The position numbers were made by a program, and so were the translations under genes. Source: Alphaproteobacteria bacterium (GTDB lineage Bacteria > Pseudomonadota > Alphaproteobacteria > UBA828). From it: DNA of 64,000 nt. Positions 38,260-46,644 of this stretch are shown here, one piece after another. The stretch covers positions 64,001-128,000 of the forward strand of contig CBDCQT010000011.1 of NCBI GenBank assembly GCA_965220745.1, written 5' to 3'. Numbering within the stretch: the stretch's first letter is position 1; each line of letters starts with the position of its first letter. The notes under the pieces are model-generated. The model was not told where the DNA came from. It saw only the letters and a program-made list of their open reading frames with translations, and searched no databases.

Positions 38260-38487
38260 ATGCCGCGCGTGAGCGCGAAGCGTCAGATTACGCTCCCCAT
38301 CGATCAGTGCAGAGAAGTAGGCATCGGGCCGGGGGACGAGTACCGCAGCTTCGTTGCCGATGGCCGCATCACCATCGTGCGGAAGACCGCTGGCGCGGCT
38401 AAGGGTTTCTTGCGCCATGTAGCCGGCGATCCCGCCGTCAGCGACGAGGAATCCCTGCAGGACGCGCTTGACGAGCCAAAATCTTGA
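38260..38487 (+). CDS. AbrB/MazE/SpoVT-type antitoxin
   Basis: VSAKRQITLP..VGIGPGD; overlaps the PIN gene. Confidence 0.85.
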   Translation: MPRVSAKRQITLPIDQCREVGIGPGDEYRSFVADGRITIVRKTAGAAKGFLRHVAGDPAVSDEESLQDALDEPKS

Positions 38488-38918
38488 TCGCTGTCGACAC
38501 CAATGTCTTGCTCCGCTATCTGCTGCACGACGATGAGGCCCAGGCGGCGCGGGCGAACGCTGTTTTCGATGCTGCCGAAACCGTTCTGATCACGGACGTC
38601 GTACTTGTGGAAGCCGTCTGGACGCTCGCCGGCCGCAAGTATCGGCTGGCCAAGGCCGAACTGGCGGCGGTCCTCGAACGGCTGTTCAGCGAGCCGAATA
38701 TCCGTTTCGAGGACGATCAGACCGTATGGCGCGCCTTGCAGGCATACCGCAACACCGCACCGGCGGACGAGGCCGGGTCGGGGAAGGGCGCCGGCTTCGC
38801 CGATGCGTTGATCGTGTTCAAGGCGCTGCGCACCGCATCGGACTCCGCCGAGACATTGAACGGCGTCTACACCTTCGATGCGGCCATGGGGCAGCTACCG
38901 CACACTGTATCGCTTTAG
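38484..38918 (+). CDS. vapC: PIN-domain (VapC) toxin
   Basis: AVDTNVLLRYL, VLVEAVWTL, FADALI, YTFD. Confidence 0.88.
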   Translation: MIAVDTNVLLRYLLHDDEAQAARANAVFDAAETVLITDVVLVEAVWTLAGRKYRLAKAELAAVLERLFSEPNIRFEDDQTVWRALQAYRNTAPADEAGSGKGAGFADALIVFKALRTASDSAETLNGVYTFDAAMGQLPHTVSL

Positions 38919-39028
38919 CCCCCAACTCTTATCGGGGCTGTAGCCTTGTTTCCACGCACCCGATCTGAAATTCTGGCGGGGCAATTGGAAAGGCCCGGCC
39001 AGCACCGGGCCGGCACAGTGAGGGGGCG

Positions 39029-39682
39029 ATGGGCCGCCTGTTGGACCTAGGGGAGCGGGTGGAGCTCGTCTCCATGGACCCGCACTTCCATGACATCAGC
39101 ATCTCCCTCTACCGCGAGACCGGAGAAGGCGGCGCCTCGGGCTATCTCGCGCACAGCTACAGCGGGAAGGAAGGCACCACCGAGCGGTTGGCGTTCGTGA
39201 TGCGGGCGATGGCTGTGATGGGCGGCATGGTGCCGGCGCCGGGCCAGCCGGGGCGCCTCGCATTCGCGTGCGGCGAAGAACACCGGGCGGCGGTGAAGCG
39301 GCTCTTCCTCGAAGCCTGCAAGAAGGCGCCAGGTTCCGAGGTCGCGGCGCTGCCCATGAGCATCTACGACAAGAAGAACGACTTCACCATCGACGCCACT
39401 GCCACAGGCAGCGGGGGCTACCGGCTTGCCGTCGCAGGCGGTGAGGGCGATGACAAAGTGGCGCGGCGCGTGGACGGCGTGACCAGGGGGCTGATCAAGC
39501 TCGCCGAGATGGAGCCCGGTGCCGAGCTGGGCGAGGCCCGCTTCGCCTGCGGCACGACCCATGACGAGCTGGTGGGCCTCCTGCTCGGCCGGGCGCTCAA
39601 CGTCCGCGCCGCCATGCGCGAGGCGGAGGCTGCGGCGGCGCGGGGCGTCCTCGCCGCGCCGAGCGCACAACAACAGACCTGA
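39029..39682 (+). CDS. Hypothetical protein with duplicated FACGxxH motif, first gene of the corrinoid operon
   Basis: RBS GAGGGG; host-like codon usage; 18 bp before the MtaA-like gene. Confidence 0.75.
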   Translation: MGRLLDLGERVELVSMDPHFHDISISLYRETGEGGASGYLAHSYSGKEGTTERLAFVMRAMAVMGGMVPAPGQPGRLAFACGEEHRAAVKRLFLEACKKAPGSEVAALPMSIYDKKNDFTIDATATGSGGYRLAVAGGEGDDKVARRVDGVTRGLIKLAEMEPGAELGEARFACGTTHDELVGLLLGRALNVRAAMREAEAAAARGVLAAPSAQQQT

Positions 39683-39700
39683 GGGTCGGGAGCGAGAGCG

Positions 39701-40744
39701 ATGACGGCAGTACCCTCGATGACCAGCCGCGAGCGGGTGCTCGCGGCGCTCCGGCGTGAGCCGGTGGATCGCACGCCCGTGTGCAACCCCACCTCGGTCG
39801 CGACGGTGGAGCTGATGGACTTGGTGGACGCCAACTTTCCGTTCGCGAACCGCGACCCGGAGCTGATGGCGCGGCTCGCCGCCACCAGCTACACCGAGCT
39901 CGGCTTCGACAGCATCATGCCGGTCTTCTCGATCATCCAGGAATCGTCGGCGCTCGGCTGCAAGATGCAGTGGGAGCAGAAGGACAATTGGCCGACCGTG
40001 CGCATGCGCGAGCCGATCTGGGAGGACGTCGACGACATCCGCATACCCAACGACTTCCTCCTGCACCCCGACATGGCGTGCGTAATCGAGGGGATCCGCA
40101 TGCTGCGCCGCGAGTTCGGCGACGAGGTCGCGATCATCGGCAAGACCATGGGGCCGTGGACCCTCGGCTATCACTGCTTCGGGGTGGAGCCCTTCCTGCT
40201 CATGTCCCTCGACGATCCGGGCAAGACCAAGCTCGCGCTCGACCGTATGAAGGAGGCGACGATCGTCTTCGGGCTGGCACAGATCGAAGCAGGCGCGGAT
40301 GCGCTCACCGTCCCCGATCACGCCACCGGCGATCTGGTGAGCGCCGACTACTACAAGCGCTTCCTCAGGGACCTTCACATCGAGTTCGTGGAGCGCCTTC
40401 CGGTGCCGCTTATCCTCCACATCTGCGGGCGCACCGTGGACCGCATGGGCTATATCGCAGAGACCGGGATCGCCGCCTTCCACTTCGATTCCAAGAACGC
40501 ACCGTCCGAGTCCATGGCGGCGATGGACGACAGGGTGTCGCTGGTCGGCAACATCAACAACCCCGAGACGCTGTTCGCCAAGGGGCCGGAGGACGTGCGC
40601 AAGGAGGTCTACGCCAATCTCGACGCCGGCGTGCAGGGGGTCGGGCCGGAATGCGCCATCCCGCTCCAGACCTCGGTCGAGAACCTGCGCGAGATTCCGC
40701 TGGCGGTGCGCGACTGGCATGCCGAGCATGGCAGCCCGCTCTAA
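39701..40744 (+). CDS. MtaA/CmuA-family methylcobamide methyltransferase (URO-D fold)
   Basis: MTSRERVLAAL..VDRTPV, GPWTL, QIEAGAD, Zn motif LHICG plus PECAI, LVGNIN. Confidence 0.85.
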   Translation: MTAVPSMTSRERVLAALRREPVDRTPVCNPTSVATVELMDLVDANFPFANRDPELMARLAATSYTELGFDSIMPVFSIIQESSALGCKMQWEQKDNWPTVRMREPIWEDVDDIRIPNDFLLHPDMACVIEGIRMLRREFGDEVAIIGKTMGPWTLGYHCFGVEPFLLMSLDDPGKTKLALDRMKEATIVFGLAQIEAGADALTVPDHATGDLVSADYYKRFLRDLHIEFVERLPVPLILHICGRTVDRMGYIAETGIAAFHFDSKNAPSESMAAMDDRVSLVGNINNPETLFAKGPEDVRKEVYANLDAGVQGVGPECAIPLQTSVENLREIPLAVRDWHAEHGSPL

Positions 40745-40784
40745 GGCCTTGTGACACCCTGTCCGTTTCACCACTGAGTCCCCG

Positions 40785-41534
40785 ATGGCCGAGCTTGCCG
40801 ACATCGCCAACGCGGTGATCCGCGACGAGATCGAGGAGTTTCTCGAGCGCCCGGACGAGATCGAGCGCAACGTCGCGCTGTTCGCGCGCGTGCGGCCCGA
40901 GATGCAGGACATCGCTGCCGCGTTGATCGAGGGCGACAATCACACGGTGGACGCGCTCACCGCCAAGGCCCTGGAGGAGGGCACCGAGGCGCTGGAGATC
41001 ATGGACGACGGTTTGATCGCTGGCATGGGCATCGTCGGCATCAAGTTCCGCGAGAATTTCATCTTTGTGCCCGAGGTGCTGGCCTGCGCGCGGGCCATGA
41101 AGGCCGGCATGGCCCATATCGAGCCGATCCTGTCGGCCTCGGGCGTCGAGCCCATCGGCACCGTGATCATGGGCACGGTCAAGGGCGACCTCCACGACAT
41201 TGGCAAGAACCTCTGCATCATGATGCTTTCCGGCGCGGGCTTCGACGTGGTCGACCTTGGCGTGGACACGTCGGAAGACGAGTTTATTGCCGCGCTCGAG
41301 GAACACGGGGCGCCGATTATGGGCATGTCCGCGCTGCTGACGACGACGATGCCGAACATGGGCAAGACCATCGAGGCGCTGATCGACGCCGACATCCGCG
41401 ACGACGTGATGGTAATGGTGGGGGGCGCGCCGGTGACCCAGGAGTTCGCCGACGACATGGGCGCCGACGGCTATGGCAAGGACGCGCTCTCCTGCGTGGC
41501 GCTCGCCAAGAAGCTGATGGAAGAGCGCGGTTAG
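40785..41534 (+). CDS. Corrinoid (B12-binding) protein
   Basis: Cap domain GLIAGMGIVG..FVPEVL; B12 motif GTVKGDLHDIGKN, DLGVD, SALLTTTM, VGGAPVT. Confidence 0.93.
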   Translation: MAELADIANAVIRDEIEEFLERPDEIERNVALFARVRPEMQDIAAALIEGDNHTVDALTAKALEEGTEALEIMDDGLIAGMGIVGIKFRENFIFVPEVLACARAMKAGMAHIEPILSASGVEPIGTVIMGTVKGDLHDIGKNLCIMMLSGAGFDVVDLGVDTSEDEFIAALEEHGAPIMGMSALLTTTMPNMGKTIEALIDADIRDDVMVMVGGAPVTQEFADDMGADGYGKDALSCVALAKKLMEERG

Positions 41535-41542
41535 GCCGGCCG

Positions 41543-43537
41543 TTGCCGAAGATCAGCCAAGAGGACTATCAGCAGCGACTGGATCGGCTCACCGAGATCT
41601 TCGCGGATATCGTGAGCCATGCCGACGAGCAGGCGACGCACCGCTGCCCCTACCGCGACGCCCGCGACCGCTGCACGGCGGCGTTCTCGTGCGGCAACCA
41701 GATTCCCGCCGTCGAGAAGGGCGCGCCTGCAACCTGCGGCCACGACGGCACCTTCGACTACAGCCTAGCGTGGGAAACGGATCCGGCCACCCGCGAACGC
41801 GCGAAGACGAAGCTCAGCGCGATCAAGCGAGCCGCCGCCGCGCGGCGGGAGGGTGAGACGCTACCGACGGGGCCCGGCACCGTCTCCCACGACGGCAAGA
41901 CTCAGCCGCTCGCCATAGGCATGACGCTCTTCGACTGCGCCGACGAGCTTGCGGTCGAGGTGCCGACCTCATGCCAGCGCAATGGCCGCTGCCACGAATG
42001 CGTGGTGGAGGTGAGCGCGGGCGAGGCCGCGCTCTGCGCCCGCACCGAGGCGGAGAGCTTCCTGCGCGCGCCTTACCGCCTCGCCTGCCAGGCGATGGTC
42101 GAGCGCGACGATATCGACGTAGCCTTCGCGCCGCTCCGCCGCCGACCGCGCATCCTGGTGCGTGCCCATTCCGACACGGCCGGCGCGCCCGAGACCATCG
42201 ATCCTCTCGTCGCCCGGCGGGGCGACGAGGTGCTCTACGACGGCGAGGTGGTGGACCGCTACCGGGGACACGTGCTCGGGCTCGCGGTCGATCTCGGCAC
42301 CACCACTGTGGTGCTTGACTTCGTCGACCTAGAGACCGGAAAGAGCGTGCACAGCGCCGCCTTCGAGAACCCGCAGGCCTTCGGCGGCAGCGACGTGATG
42401 CACCGCATCTCCTACGACCGCGACGACAAGGCAGGCGAGCTGCAGAAGGCCGCAGCGTCGGCCATCAACCGCGTTATCGTCGATGGCTGCGCTAGGCTCG
42501 GCACCAACCGCCAGGCGATCTACGAGATCGTGGTCGCCGCCAACTCCACCATGCGCGACATCCTGTTCAAGCTGGACGTCCAGGGGATCGGCCAGAAGCC
42601 CTATAAGTCATCCATAGAGCACGCCTTCCTGGCCGGCGAGCGCGCGAATACGGCGCTCAGCGCCCGCGCGCTTCGGTTGGGCCTGCGCGCCAACCGCGCG
42701 GCCCGCGTCTACGGCCTGCCGCTGATCGCGAGCCATGTGGGGGGCGATTCTGCAGCCGCTCTCGTGGCGCTGGAAGAAGGCTTCGCCGACGCCGATACCG
42801 CGATGTTGGTGGACATGGGCACCAACACCGAGGTCGTGCTCAAGCACCGGGGCCGGATGCTCGCCGCCTCGTGCCCGGCGGGGCCGGCGTTCGAGGGCGG
42901 GCTGGTGCGCTACGGAATGCCGGCCTGCGACGGTGCGATCGAGGCGGTCCGCCTCGGCGAAGACGGCGAGGCCGCCTACGAGACCATCGGCGGCAAGAAG
43001 CCGGTGGGGCTCTGTGGCTCTGGCCTGATCGATTTGCTGGCGGAACTTCGCCGGACCGACGTGCTCACCGCCAAGGGCGTCTTCACCGCGGACCGCAAGC
43101 AGAGGGAGATGACCGTGGTGCCCGAGCAGGGGATCACCTTCTCCAAGGAGGACGCCAGCAATCTCGGTCAGGCCAAGGCCGCCAACTACTGCGGTCAGTA
43201 CATCGTCATGCGCGCGCTGGGTGTCGATCCCGCCGATGTCGAGAGCCTCTATCTCGCGGGCGGCTTCGCCAACTACGTGAACGTGCGCAATGCCCAGTCC
43301 ATCGGCCTGCTGGCGCCGGTGCCGGAGGAACGCGTCGTCAAGGCCGGCAACGCGGCGGCGCGCGGCGCCCGGGCGATCCTGCTCTCGGCCACCCGGCGGC
43401 GCGCGCTAGAGCGCGAGGTCCAGGCCATCGAGCATATCGAGCTGGAAACCACGCCCGACTTCTTCGACCTCTTCGTGGACGGCTGCCAGTTCAAGCCGAT
43501 GCCAACACACCTCGTGCCGGAAGGAACCGCCGCATGA
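41543..43537 (+). CDS. Corrinoid reductive activator (RamA/RACo type; [2Fe-2S] plus ASKHA ATPase)
   Basis: CQRNGRCHEC..RLACQ; DLGTTT, NPQAFGGSDVMHRI, VGGD, DMGTNTE, GPAFEG, GLCGSG, YLAGGF. Confidence 0.9.
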   Translation: MPKISQEDYQQRLDRLTEIFADIVSHADEQATHRCPYRDARDRCTAAFSCGNQIPAVEKGAPATCGHDGTFDYSLAWETDPATRERAKTKLSAIKRAAAARREGETLPTGPGTVSHDGKTQPLAIGMTLFDCADELAVEVPTSCQRNGRCHECVVEVSAGEAALCARTEAESFLRAPYRLACQAMVERDDIDVAFAPLRRRPRILVRAHSDTAGAPETIDPLVARRGDEVLYDGEVVDRYRGHVLGLAVDLGTTTVVLDFVDLETGKSVHSAAFENPQAFGGSDVMHRISYDRDDKAGELQKAAASAINRVIVDGCARLGTNRQAIYEIVVAANSTMRDILFKLDVQGIGQKPYKSSIEHAFLAGERANTALSARALRLGLRANRAARVYGLPLIASHVGGDSAAALVALEEGFADADTAMLVDMGTNTEVVLKHRGRMLAASCPAGPAFEGGLVRYGMPACDGAIEAVRLGEDGEAAYETIGGKKPVGLCGSGLIDLLAELRRTDVLTAKGVFTADRKQREMTVVPEQGITFSKEDASNLGQAKAANYCGQYIVMRALGVDPADVESLYLAGGFANYVNVRNAQSIGLLAPVPEERVVKAGNAAARGARAILLSATRRRALEREVQAIEHIELETTPDFFDLFVDGCQFKPMPTHLVPEGTAA

Positions 43538-44562
43538 CCACCCCGCCGCTCATCGTCATCGGCGAGAACATCCATTGCACCCGCGTCGCGCTCCGCAAGG
43601 GCAAGCGCATTGCCGAACGCGACGGTGCCGAAGTGATCCTTTACGAGAGCGCAGAGGGCGAAGAACGCGCGCTACCGGTCACCGCGGAGGCGAAGCGGAC
43701 CAAGGACTACGAAGAGGGGCGGGTCAAGCACGTTCAGGTCGCGATCGAGACCGCGATGGAGACGGCCGCGGGCGATCCGGCCGAGGGCCTGCGCTATATC
43801 GAGGCGCAGGTCCGCCATCAGGAGCGCGCGGGCGCGGCTTTTCTGGACCTCAACGTGGACGAGATCGCGCCCAAGCTCGCCGTGCAGACCGGCGCCATGG
43901 CCTGGCTCGCCGCCACGGTGCAAGGGCTCACGGACCTCCCGCTTTCCGTCGACTCCTCAAGCGTGGACGTGATTCGCGCCGGGCTCGAGGCGATCGCGCC
44001 GGCAAAGGTACGCCCGATGCTCAACTCCGCCTCCCTGGAGCGGCTGGACGCGCTCGACCTCGCCCGCGAGCACGACTGCCGCGTGGTGGTGACCGCCGCC
44101 GGCGAGAAGGGGATGCCTGACGGCGCGGACGAGCGTGTGGCGAACGCCTCCCGCATGGTGGAGGCAGCCCTGGAGCGGGGCTTCGCCGTCGGCGATCTCT
44201 ACATCGACCCGCTAGTCTTCCCGATCTCCGTCGACTCCCGCTTCGGCAACCACTGCTTCGACGCGATCCGCGCCCTGCGCGCGCGCTTCGGCGACGAGGT
44301 CCACATCACCGGCGGCATGAGCAACGTTTCGTTCGGGCTGCCGGCCCGCAAGATCCTCAACGACATGTTCGTCCTGCTCGCAATGGAGGCCGGCGCCGAC
44401 GGCGGAATCATGGACCCGGTGGCGAGCCCGCCCGAGGCGATCCTCGCCATCGACCGCACGGACCCGAACTACAAGCTCGCCGAGGACGTGTTGATGGGGC
44501 GGGACGAGCACTGCATGGAATATATCCGCGCCTGGCGAAAGAGCAGGCGCAAGGCCAAGTGA
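43534..44562 (+). CDS. Pterin-binding methyltetrahydrofolate:corrinoid methyltransferase (MetH folate domain / AcsE-like)
   Basis: VIGENIH, LDLNVD, PLSVDSS, MLNSAS, IDPLVFPI, GGMSNVSFGLPAR; ATGA overlap. Confidence 0.85.
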   Translation: MTTPPLIVIGENIHCTRVALRKGKRIAERDGAEVILYESAEGEERALPVTAEAKRTKDYEEGRVKHVQVAIETAMETAAGDPAEGLRYIEAQVRHQERAGAAFLDLNVDEIAPKLAVQTGAMAWLAATVQGLTDLPLSVDSSSVDVIRAGLEAIAPAKVRPMLNSASLERLDALDLAREHDCRVVVTAAGEKGMPDGADERVANASRMVEAALERGFAVGDLYIDPLVFPISVDSRFGNHCFDAIRALRARFGDEVHITGGMSNVSFGLPARKILNDMFVLLAMEAGADGGIMDPVASPPEAILAIDRTDPNYKLAEDVLMGRDEHCMEYIRAWRKSRRKAK

Positions 44563-44587
44563 AGAGCCGAGTGAAGAAGAGACCCCT

Positions 44588-44989
44588 ATGACCGAGACCG
44601 AACGGCCGCCGCAAATCGAGCCCGCGCTCCGCACGCTGGCCATGCCCGCCGACGCCAACCCCAACGGCGACATCTTCGGCGGCTGGGTGCTGGCGCAGAT
44701 GGACCTGGCCGGCGGCGTCGTGGCGGCGCGGCGCGCGGGCGGGCGCATGGTCACGGTGGCGGTGGAGGCCATGCGCTTCCACGCGCCGATCGCCGTCGGC
44801 GACCTCGTGACCTGCTACGCCCGGGTGACGAAGACCGGAACGACCTCAATCACCGTCGACATCGAGACCTGGGCACGCCGGCGGCGCGGCGCCGTGGAGG
44901 TGAGGGTGACCGAGGGCACCTTCATCTATGTCGCCATCGACGACGACGGCCGTCCCCGCCCTCTCCCCGACCAGGCCCCAGAGGGCTGA
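44588..44989 (+). CDS. Acyl-CoA thioesterase (YciA-like hotdog fold)
   Basis: AMPADANPNGDIFGGWVLAQMDLAG, YVAIDDDGRPR. Confidence 0.92.
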   Translation: MTETERPPQIEPALRTLAMPADANPNGDIFGGWVLAQMDLAGGVVAARRAGGRMVTVAVEAMRFHAPIAVGDLVTCYARVTKTGTTSITVDIETWARRRRGAVEVRVTEGTFIYVAIDDDGRPRPLPDQAPEG

Positions 44990-44992
44990 CGG

Positions 44993-46522
44993 CTAGGAGC
45001 GGGCGCTGACGGTGGGGTCGTTGGCTGGATCAAGGCCGCGGATGATGGTGCAGGGCATCGGCGCGGCGCGGAGCACCTTGCACGCCCGGCTGGCGTCGTT
45101 CTTGTAGAGCCCGAGAAAGCGCGCCCGATAGAGCGTGCCGCGTCCATCTGCGAGAGGCACCAGGGTCGCCGTCGCATCGCTGAGGAGCGGGGCGCGCACC
45201 GATGCTCGGCGCATGGCGATCTCCGCCGCGGTGATTGACTCGTAGGCACCCACTTGGATGGCCCAGGGGCCGCCTGCCGCCGGTGCTGCTGCGAACGTCT
45301 TTGCCGGAGACGGCGCTGGGGTCGCGACCGCCGGCTGCGTGGCCTCAAGCGCGGCGACCTCGGGCGTCGCGGCACCGGGCTTCAACGGCGGGGGCTGGGG
45401 AGGCGGCGGGCCCGTAGCGACCTTGATCGGTGTCTCCGGTGCGCGCGGGGCCGGCGGCGGCTCCTCGGCGATCTTAATTGGCTCGGGCGGCGGCGCCGCG
45501 TCACCTTCGACCAGCTCGGGCGGCTCGGCGGCGGCAACCATGATGGCCGCTGGCTTGAAGCGCGGCGCCGGCGCGGCGAGGCCGGAGCCTCCCGGTGGGC
45601 GCGGAATGCCCGCGTAACGCACGCGGCCGCGCTTGGCGTCGTTCTCGGCGATCCGCGTGAAGCCGAGGTCGAGGAGGTTGGACATGTGGGCATTGCGCGA
45701 GCGCGCCGTCTTACCACCGAAGACCACGGCGATGACCCGCCGGCCGTCCCGCTCCGCCGAGGCCACGAGGTTGAAGCCCGAGGCGCGAATATAGCCGGTC
45801 TTGATGCCGTCCATGCCGCGATAGCGGCCGAGCAGCCGGTTCGGCGAGCGATGCTCGCGCCCGCGATAGCGGAAGCGCTTGTCGTCGAAATAGTGGTAGC
45901 GGTCCGGGAAGTCGCGCATGAGCGCCTGGGCGAGGCGGGCCATGTCTCGTGCCGTGCTGCGCTGCTTCCGGTTCGGCAGGCCCGACGCATTGCGGAAGGT
46001 GGTTCGGGACATGCCGAGCGCCTTGGCCTTCCTGGTCATCTTCCTGCCGAACTCGACCTCCGTGCCGCCCAGCGCCTCGGCGACCACCACGGCGATATCG
46101 TTCGCCGACTTGACGACCAGCGCCTTGATCGCGTCCTCGACACGGATCGTCGAGCCGGCCCGCAGCCCGAGCTTGGAGGGCGACTGCCCCGCCGCCCGCT
46201 TCGAGACCTTCAGCTTCGAATCGAGGCTGAGCTTCCCGTTGTCGACCGCCTCGAAGAGCAGATAGAGGGTCATCATTTTAGTCAGCGAGGCTGGGTACCG
46301 CCTTATGTCGGCGTTGCGTGAGCGCAGAACCTCGCCGGTCTCAGCGTCGATGACGATGGAGGCGTAGCGCGCGTGCGCTTCTTCGGCGGCAAAGACCTGC
46401 GATATGACGAGAATGCAAAGCGCGAGTGCGAGACTGAGGACGATCGAGCCCGGACGCAAAATTCTTCTTCTTCGCCGTGTTCCCACGCCCGCCCCGCCGC
46501 CGACAGCGAATCGACTGAACAT
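44993..46522 (-). CDS. D-alanyl-D-alanine carboxypeptidase (S11) with Pro-rich linker and SPOR domain
   Basis: PASLTK (SxxK), SAN (SxN), KTG; C-terminal WAIQVGAY..YRARF; start uncertain. Confidence 0.9.
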   Translation of the reverse strand: MFSRFAVGGGAGVGTRRRRRILRPGSIVLSLALALCILVISQVFAAEEAHARYASIVIDAETGEVLRSRNADIRRYPASLTKMMTLYLLFEAVDNGKLSLDSKLKVSKRAAGQSPSKLGLRAGSTIRVEDAIKALVVKSANDIAVVVAEALGGTEVEFGRKMTRKAKALGMSRTTFRNASGLPNRKQRSTARDMARLAQALMRDFPDRYHYFDDKRFRYRGREHRSPNRLLGRYRGMDGIKTGYIRASGFNLVASAERDGRRVIAVVFGGKTARSRNAHMSNLLDLGFTRIAENDAKRGRVRYAGIPRPPGGSGLAAPAPRFKPAAIMVAAAEPPELVEGDAAPPPEPIKIAEEPPPAPRAPETPIKVATGPPPPQPPPLKPGAATPEVAALEATQPAVATPAPSPAKTFAAAPAAGGPWAIQVGAYESITAAEIAMRRASVRAPLLSDATATLVPLADGRGTLYRARFLGLYKNDASRACKVLRAAPMPCTIIRGLDPANDPTVSARS

Positions 46523-46644
46523 CCTTTATGGGTTGTCGCTAGCACGTCCGTCAAGCACGAGCTGTGGGAAAAGGTCTGGAAGTGCTTGATTCAGTGCAAT
46601 CTCTGCCTGGCCTGGACGCCTGCGTATGCTGTGGACAACGCGGA

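Noticed and set aside
39701-40744. hemE (uroporphyrinogen decarboxylase)
   Set aside because: Lacks the MRQAGR motif, has the Zn-type HxC...C ligands and sits among corrinoid genes.
43534-44562. Dihydropteroate synthase (folP)
   Set aside because: SNVSFGLP and the corrinoid context indicate a methyl-THF methyltransferase of the same fold.
45240-45610. Pro/Ala-rich repetitive stretch
   Set aside because: Ordinary flexible linker between the peptidase and SPOR domains.
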